Shown here: positions 55,054 to 64,000 of the stretch, piece after piece
Layout: each line of letters opens with the position of its first letter
Position numbering within the stretch: position 1 is the stretch's first letter
Source: the human T2T-CHM13v2.0 reference genome, Homo sapiens
Assembly: GCF_009914755.1 (NCBI RefSeq)
Contig: NC_060927.1
DNA length: 64,000 nucleotides
Direction: 5' to 3' (one strand)
Program-made: the position numbers and the translations under genes
The notes under the pieces: generated by a model
What the model saw: the letters and a program-made list of their open reading frames with translations, nothing else
The model's database searches: none
Told to the model about the DNA's origin: nothing

Positions 55054-56599
55054 TATTTTTAGGAGTGCTTTCTTTGTCTTCTAAATCCAACATACGAACC
55101 TACACAGTGGCAGTTTCTGTTGACTGCTTTTTCTTGAGTATGGGTCACACTTTCCAGTATCTTTGTGTATCTCATACATTTTTTGTTAAAAACTAAACAA
55201 GTTAGATAATACAGTATAACAATTCCAGATTCTTTTTTCTATTTTAAGAGTTTTTGTATTTTTATAGTAACTTACTTTCCTTTAATCTTTCCTTACATGG
55301 TGAGCAGTATTTAATATTCCTGATCTTTCTTTCTTAATTATCTTTTTAGGCTGGTTATTTAGAAGTATCCCAGTGTCTAATAGATTAGTGGTCTGCCAAC
55401 GTCTGCACAGTGTTTTTGCTTGAATATCTTGAGATTGTAAAGCTTCCACTTTATGCCAATAGATCTGTGTGTGAGTTGGAGAGTGTGTTCTTGTGATCAG
55501 CTAATTTTCAAGTCTATCTCTGCTTTTCCTTTCCACTGTGCCATCTTAGGCCTGTTCATGCAGAGTTCCCAAAATCAGCCAAGGATATACGAAGAGCCCA
55601 CTCAGTGCATCTTTAGCTCTGGTTTATACAATATCCCCATTACGTTTCTGGGTTTGGTTGTTGTTGATGTTTATTTGTTTTGTCACTCAGAATGTAGGTA
55701 CTTCTACTTTACTATGTGCCACCAAGATTGAAATATGGGACAATTGTTTCTGCAATTTTAACACTTTTAAAAAAATATTAGTATGCCATATTTATATTTC
55801 AGAGCTTTTTAGGTCAATAATAATCTGATTTTACCTTTAAACTTCAAGGGCTCTTGAGTAAAGCAGAATGATAAGGTTGAAATAACCTGAGACTTGATTC
55901 AAAAAGATCTATACTTGAATCTTGAGGACCAAGTTTATTTAATATGTGAAAACAGTCTCTGACTCTCATGCTTCTTTTTTGTTGTTGCTATTTCTTTTTT
56001 GTTATATATGCCAGTGGTTTTTAAAGCCCGACTGTTAAAAGTGAAGTTTAAAAAGATAAAATAATATAAGTATCAGATTTCTAAAAAATACAAAAAGAAG
56101 TTACCTCTCTCTATTCAACACATCGTCAAGAATAAGGATATCACATTTTCTGATTCCATTTAAAATGCAAGCTTACTGAATTACATGCATGATTTAAGTG
56201 TAATTTTTATATGATGCAGCCATAGGTAACTTTCTGCTTTACCTTTTTCCAATCTTGTTTCCTCAATGTTATTTTACATCAACAACTAAAGATTCCTGAC
56301 TCTTCCAAGTTTGCTCACACTTAAGAAGTTCTTATATTAATGAGATTAAAGAAAGAATTCTTATATTTCTGTCACTTAGGAATGACCTAAGTAAATATTA
56401 ATAGCTTGCTAAATCATCTATAATTCCTCTGAGCTTCTCCTAGTCTAAGCACTCTCTTTCAGGGCCCCTGATGACACATCTTCTAAAAAATTATTGGTGT
56501 CTAACTGAATCTCTTTATGAAATAAGCTGAGCTTTGGTGATTTCTTCTTTAAGGTGAAGCCATAAGATCATTTGCATAATTATTGCTTTTTCTATATAG

Positions 56600-56964
<365 letters not shown>

Positions 56965-57524
56965 TGTTTTTTTTTTTTTATTTAATAAGTAAAATTTCTA
57001 CTAACTATTGAAGGTTCTCATTACTGTCATATCTTATTAGTGTACTTAGATTCCATTGAGAAATCTACGTTGACCCCACATTTTACGTAGAAGACATCAT
57101 TCTTGATAGGAGTTCTTTTTTTTGAGGGTCGTACCTATTATACTTTAGAAGCTTTTTCTATTATTGAGCTAAATTTTTATTTCAAGTACTCACTGAAGAA
57201 ATATGGTATCTAAGCAAAAAATTTGATTAGGAAAACAGTGGCATTTTTTACATATATTGATGACTCTACAGATATCATAGGTAACTTTGGAATGTATTTT
57301 GTAAAATTTATGTCAGTTTTAATTCTCTTTTTAAAAACTGTATTCTAACTGAAGGAAATAGACAATAAAAGAAACATAAACTCTGGTGTTAGATTAAATT
57401 GTTTTGAAAACAAGTTTTATTTATAAAACTTTGTTGCAAAGACTAATAAATGTCTTGAGGCAATAATTTAGTTATCATTTTGAAGAAGTGTGTTCAATAA
57501 TAAATATGGTAATAGTTAACAGTA

Positions 57525-57765
57525 AAAGATAATATTCATTAGGCACTTACTCAGTGTCAGGATCTTTATTTTTACCATTTAAATAGATCTTGAAAACAAT
57601 TCTACAAGATAGGTAGCCATGTTTTTTGAACATAGCCACTAAGATTTAGACAGATTAAGTAACTTGCTTAAAGTGACAGAATTTCTAAAAGGTCCACTCA
57701 GTACTTAAACACAAACAGTCTGCCTTCAGAGCCCTGGCAATTACATTTAATGCAATGCTGCCTCT
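57525..57765 (-). mobile_element. MIR SINE
   Basis: gcacttactcagtgtcagg...agattaagtaacttgcttaaagtgacag...cagtctgccttcagagccc. Confidence 0.75.
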
Positions 57766-57843
57766 CTACCTTGAACTGATAATCCTGAGTTAGATGATTT
57801 TAAAGTAATTCTGATAAATTAGAATTCTATATATTTGAAAAAA

Positions 57844-57879
57844 AGCAAAAACTGCAATAACTTTTGCACCAACCCAATA
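57844..57879. mobile_element. MADE1/Hsmar1 solo TIR (half element)
   Basis: gcaaaaactgcaataacttttgcaccaacccaata. Confidence 0.8.
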
Positions 57880-58232
57880 ATACTTATTACATATAGTCTC
57901 CAGTCTTTTTTTGAAAAAACTTTTGAAGATATTAGTTCTGGAACTACTCCAATTGTGCGAACATCCCAGAGATTTTTTGTATCCTCATTGGTCTTGTTTC
58001 CATATTGGCCATGGCAAAATCATAAAGTTTCAGCCAAGTGGAAAGATACAGGGCTGGAAATCTGAAGATCTGAATTCTGGCGCTTTCCTCCCAGTAACTT
58101 TTTAAGACCTTGTATATAAATCTTTTCAACATGCTAAATTTTAGAATCATATTAAATTGCACCACAGAGGATATTCTCTTCTATTTTATGACTACTTAAC
58201 ATAGAGGCTAAATGATAAAATTATCTATGCTA

Positions 58233-58627
<395 letters not shown>

Positions 58628-58779
58628 TTACGTTTCATTCCTGAGGTAGGAATTCTTACCTTAGAATTTATTTTTAGTCAATATATTTTTCTTGATATCA
58701 AAACTTATTTATAGATTAGTTAACATTCTTCATTTGGCTGAGCTTATGAAAACTGAAAAACAGAAGGAAATAATAATCA

Positions 58780-58960
58780 TCATTATTATGGTAAATGTTT
58801 GTTAAGCATTTTACCTATGTAATATCTGTAATCATTAATTTACATGAATTTCCTTATCTAGAAAATAAGAACTGAACATAAGAATAGGGTTAAGAGAGGT
58901 TCCTCAACCTGTCCAAAGTCACATAATTAGCAAGTCTTAATTACAAAGTCTTTTGATGCA
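58780..58960 (-). mobile_element. MIR fragment
   Basis: aatgtttgttaagcattttacctatgt...aaaataagaactga...acctgtccaaagtcacataattagcaagt. Confidence 0.55.
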
Positions 58961-59643
58961 GAATGCAGAAATTAACCAATGGGATAAACTACTTCTTGAA
59001 AAAGGAACTAGTTGAATATTAATTCTGACAAAAGGAAAAGTGGCACAAGGACAGTGGACAAGGACACAGGTTAGTATTCAAGAAGTAAAAATTCCCATTT
59101 TGCTTTTACTTTTGGTTCACACTGGTTTTGTATTGTTCCTATTCTTGAAATGTTGGCAGGACACATTGTACCTTTTTTATTTAAAGCTCACTGGTATGCA
59201 GTTTTGCTTTATCTAAGACATAGTTTTCCCTATGGTACGTTGGTCTTTGTTAATTCCCAGTTGGATAACTAATGCACCTAACACTTTTTTTGAAAATCCT
59301 CCAGACATTTCACACTGTGCAAAATACATCAGCTTAACTCCTAAGCATAATGAACAACTTTGACATTTGCAGTGCTAGGACATTTTGCTCTATGCTGGCA
59401 ATCTGGCTTCAGCATACTTTCCAGTTATTTTTCTCAATTTCTTCCAATGAGAGGACTCTGCTTTTGTACTAAGCTCTTCATTACCTTTGTTTTTCTCACC
59501 TCCTTTTTACCTATTAACAATTTATACATGCAACCTAGTAAACAGTGAAGAGTAAAGGTGAAAGATTTGGCCTCAAATGTTGGCAGACCAGTATCCAAAT
59601 AAAAACATTATCATATTTAATTATATACTCTCAAGAAAGTTGC

Positions 59644-59660
59644 TATATATATCTCTCTCT

Positions 59661-59694
<34 letters not shown>

Positions 59695-59700
59695 CTCTCT
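59644..59700 (+). repeat. (TA)n(CT)n microsatellite
   Basis: Read directly. Confidence 0.9.
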
Positions 59701-60309
59701 GTCCCCCTCTTTGCTTTCTTCTGTTCCTGAGGGTTGTCAGGAGTTTCAACAAATGCATCATATGAGAAAGGTTCTATTCACACTAAGTCTTTTAAATATT
59801 TCTTGCAAAAAAGGCCCAGCTCAATTCTGGTATCCTTAATAAAAGGGTTCTGTTTTCACCAATGCAGAGTTAGAATTTTCTCTTTGACTACTTACTATGT
59901 GCACTATTCATGGAGGACACAATCTACAGATTGTATGGGATTTAAATTTGTAATAAGTAAAAGTGTCACTGCTTGAATTTTTTCAGTCAGTAAGCTGATC
60001 ATATTCTGTAGCAGACTATACTATTTTTAAACATTTACAATAGTTACAAACTCATTTTTATAAAGAAAACAATTGGCCTTTTATTATAATTTGACCTTTG
60101 TATTTTTTGACTAACATTCAATATTTCTAATTGTCATAAAGAATTTTTCAAGTGATTACCACTTCGTTTTTTTTTTCATGTTAAATACTCCATTTCTTTT
60201 AACCAATGTGGGTAGTTCATAGAGCCAATAATATAATTTAATTTTAATAATTTATGTTATTTAATTTTACTAATTTACTGTAATATAAACAACTATTAGA
60301 ATTATCTTC

Positions 60310-60672
60310 TGTGATGGTTTGAACATATCCTATCTAAAATGTAGTTGTTGCTAATGTAATGATATTAATAAGTGGGCCCTTTAAGAGGGATTAGACCCTG
60401 ATAACTTCTTTCACATGAATGGGATTAAGGCCCTTATAAAAGAGACTTTACACAGTGTTTGAGTTTCTTACCCTTCCACCATCTTCCATGTGAGGGCACA
60501 ACGTTGCTTCTCTCTGGAAGACGCAGCAATAAGGCACTACTGTGGAAGCTAAGAAAGCAACTCATCACCCAGCCTCACCAGCCAGCATCTTGATTTTGGA
60601 GAACGGTGAGAAAAAATTTCCCAAAATACCAACTCTCAGGTATTTTGTTATGGCAGTATTTTTAAAAAACAC
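60310..60672 (+). mobile_element. MST (C/D-like) MaLR LTR
   Basis: tgtgatggtttgaa...gtgggccctttaagagg...catgaatgggattaaggcccttataaaagag...ctcaggtattttgttatggcag. Confidence 0.8.
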
Positions 60673-60919
60673 ACCTTCTTTAAACATTCTTACTATCAGT
60701 GGGCTGTCCAGGTGCTGTGTTTTATGTAACTTTCATTTCAAATAAAGTGGAACTATGTTTTTTTTTTTTTTAACAGGAAACTGGGTCCTTTATTTTTATA
60801 TACTCAGTTATTATCAAAAGACAGAGAAACATAAATTTATCTTCTTATTTCTCTTTTTCCAACTTGTACGTTTGTCTTTGTTACTATCTGGAATCGCTCT
60901 TATTTAAGAATTTGGTCTA

Positions 60920-61242
<323 letters not shown>

Positions 61243-61773
61243 TTACCACAAGTGTGTTCACCTATCTTGTTATATACTTATTCTTTCTTCCATTTAAGTT
61301 GTTATTCAATTAAGGAAACTTCCTGTATTATGTGTCTTTGCATTCTTCTTAGCTTCTGAAGAAAGAATAAATATTTGCTAAGAAACAACAGTTCCTCAAT
61401 TTTTATATATGAAGGGCTCTGTAGGATGAGGGGATTTTTGTAGGAGAGATACAACTGTAATCAAGTGGTTTGTTAATTCCTTGAAAGGAAAAAACATACT
61501 TTTAAAAATAAAAAAAATAAATTCTTAATAATAGGATGCAGGTAATATGTAAAATTGAAGTTAAAAAATCCAAAAGCAGAATGATAGAAGGCTGATCTGG
61601 AAGGAAAATAAGAATATGTATAGGAATAAAAAATGGAAGTTATCCCAGGTGACAGAAGACAGAACTTGGGAGTACACGATGTGTAATATGTATAGAGATG
61701 GAGTTGGCTTAAAAAGATATAAGTTTTAGATAAATAAAATCAGAGTAGTTTGTAGAATATTTTGAAAGTTAAA

Positions 61774-62140
61774 TGTCTTAGTTCATTTTCTGTTATAACA
61801 GAATATGAGGCTGGGTAATATACCAAAAAAAGCAAATTTATTCCTTATGGTTCTGAGAGCTGGAAAGTTTAAGATTAAGGGGCTGGCATGTTGTGAGGAC
61901 CTTCTTGCTTAGTCATGACTTGGTGGAAAGCATTACATGCCAATGAGGAAGAGCATGCCCATCAGCCTAGGTCTCTCTTTCTCTTTTTATAAAGCCACCA
62001 GTCCCATCATTGGGGCCTCTTCATGCTAGCATTATCTCATTTTAATTATCTTACAAAGGCGTCACCTCCAAACAACGTATCAGTTTGGGGATTTAAGTTT
62101 CCAACACTTGACGTTTGAAGGAAACATTCAAAGCATAGCA
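61774..62140 (-). mobile_element. MST (MSTC-like) MaLR LTR
   Basis: tgtcttagttcattt...tgtgaggaccttcttgct...ttataaagccaccagtcccatcat...acattcaaagcatagca. Confidence 0.8.
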
Positions 62141-62689
62141 TCAAGAAACATTTAGACTTGACTCAGTAGGTAATTGGGTATTAAATTATTAAGAGGTTAG
62201 TGACATGATTGCTAATTGCATTTTGGCAGATTAGTCTGGCCTTAGGTAGGAGGGTCTAAGAAGAAAAATAGATCTGAACAATGAAACTGACTACAAAGCT
62301 TTTGCAAATATCAGAGAGAGTAAGGGTCTGGACTAAGATCAGGAAGTTTAAAAAAATTTCTGTAGAATAAATGAAAGCATTTGAGCATTTGAAAGAGGGT
62401 ATTAGGTGTTGAATTCTTTTTTTAAATGTTTTGGTTTCAAAACACTAAATTTTTAAAGCATATATTTACTATATATGTCTAATAGATCAGTTTTGATGAT
62501 ATTTTCTCATTCTTAATCTGGCACTTCCTAAAACAAATAAGAAGGTAGAACCTGCTAAGGACATTCTGATTCACTTTTCTCTCAACATATGCAAGCTTTA
62601 GCTCTTATTTCAATTCACTTTTAATTCATTAATTTATATTACATGATATTATCAAATGTCTTGCTAGTAAATTTGAACTGGTTATTCAT

Positions 62690-62902
62690 ATATAGGTGTC
62701 ACTTAATGATGAAGATACATTCTGAGGCATGAACAATCTGGCAGTTTTGTCACTGTGTGAATATCATAGAGTATTTGTGTATCCAAACATATCCAGTCCT
62801 ATAAAAGGTACAGTAAAAATACAGTAGTACAATCTTATGGGACTATCATTGCATATGTGGTGCATCATTGATGAAAACATTGTTATATGGTATGTAATTA
62901 TA
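62690..62902 (+). mobile_element. MER8/Tigger3a-type short Tigger derivative
   Basis: gtcacttaatgatgaagatacattctgag...aaaaggtacagtaaaaatacagta...aatcttatgggactatcattg. Confidence 0.8.
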
Positions 62903-63564
62903 ATTGAGTTTAACCATATGATATTTTAATAGTATGTATTTTTATTATTAGGTTACTCTAAATGTGTTTAACAGAGTGCTTCCTTTTTTTGTAATGATAA
63001 AGCTAAAACACAATTCTTATACATGATGAGTATAGTTTGAGAAACAAAGAATAAATAAAACTTTTTAATATAGTTATTTTCTGTACTTAAAAGTAGAAAT
63101 TTCCCTAAGATAGTTTGAGTGTCCTACTTCTAATAATATTTATTCAGGTGTAAAGACTTGGTGGAAATCTATCTGTGAAGAGTGGATAATTAAAATTTAA
63201 GATTAAACTAGATGTCCAATGAGATGAAAGCCAAATCATTATTATGTTTTGGCATAATCAGGGATGATAAGTTTGTGAGAGATGGATTTCCAAGGTTAGC
63301 AGAAATGTGTTTCTCTACATTTCAATAATCTGTCCTGCACTTAAGTTTATAATTTAGTTAATGTCCAGCAATTATGCTTTATTTTACTGTATCATATTAA
63401 GATTGGATTCAAAAGTATATGTAATATTCCCAACCATTCTACCAATTAACACTAATAGGTTAAAATGACAATTATACTCTTTTCATAACCACATCTATTT
63501 GATTTGATAAGAAAATGCTAACATCTGGAATTTTGCCATAATCATGTTTTAGCCTATTGATCAC

Positions 63565-63874
63565 TGTCTTAGTAAGCTTGGGATGCCATAAATGTAGTAG
63601 CTTAAACACCATAAATTTATTTTCTCACAGTTCTTGAGGCTGGAAGTCTTTCTGTGTAACCGCATAGTAGAGAGAGAGTGAGCAACAGAGAATGTGCACA
63701 AGCAAGCTCTAGTGTCTCTTCCTATAAAGGCACTAATCTTAACCTGAGGGCACCACTGTCATGAACTCATCTAAGCCTAATTATCTACCAAAGGACTCAT
63801 CTCCAAAAATCATCACATTGAGGGTTATGGCCCCAACATATGAATTTGCGGGGGACACAATTTTCTCCATAACA
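63565..63874 (-). mobile_element. MLT1A/A0 MaLR LTR
   Basis: tgtcttagt...aatttattttctcacagttcttgaggctggaagtc...caacatatgaatttgcgggggacaca...tccataaca. Confidence 0.85.
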
Positions 63875-64000
63875 TTCTGCCCTCAGGCCCCCTCAAATTT
63901 ATTTTATTCTCACTTACCAAATACATTCATTTCATCCCAATAGGTACAAGAGTGTAAATTCATTTCACCATTGACTCTAGAGTCCAAATGTGGAAGTCTC
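63875..64000 (-). mobile_element. MLT1 internal sequence adjoining the LTR, running off the window
   Basis: ttctgccctcaggccccctcaaat...aaatacattcatttcatcccaatag...agtccaaa matches the MaLR-int 3' end (polypurine tract side). Confidence 0.75.

Overview
This is AT-rich, CpG-depleted, repeat-dense primate DNA, almost certainly human because it carries a near-consensus AluYa5. It looks like gene desert or deep intron. I find no supportable protein-coding gene, tRNA, rRNA or CRISPR array. The ORF track is explained by Alu reading frames, decayed L1 ORF2/ERVL pol pieces and random AT-rich ORFs. Recognisable content: about 12 Alu/FLAM copies, many L1 fragments (L1PA3/4 to old L1M), MaLR LTRs (THE1, MST, MLT1), an ERV1 nest (LTR1 inside MER21C inside L1M), a MER11 stub, a decayed ERVL internal region with its LTR, DNA transposons (three MADE1, MER1A, MER58, Tigger3b, MER8-like), MIRs and microsatellites. 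Family and subfamily names come from recalled consensus sequences, not a RepeatMasker run. I cannot support a genuinely new biological system here. The most interesting structure not explained by a repeat list is a set of genome-rearrangement scars. (1) Three direct-orientation local copy-paste insertions whose donors lie 0.5-3.1 kb downstream, at 5741, 7452 and 37528; the last sits at the MER1A internal hairpin with a 5-nt microhomology. (2) Fold-back or serially templated micro-insertions at 22368, 24508 and 26197. (3) A TSD-bounded L1 3' transduction of about 460 bp inside the ERVL integrase region. (4) A twin-primed inverted L1PB. (5) An AluYa5 splitting a MADE1 hairpin. (6) A GC-rich island of about 1.5 kb abutting a truncated MER11. 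There are also weak candidate non-coding exons and enhancer-like stretches at 32-37 kb.
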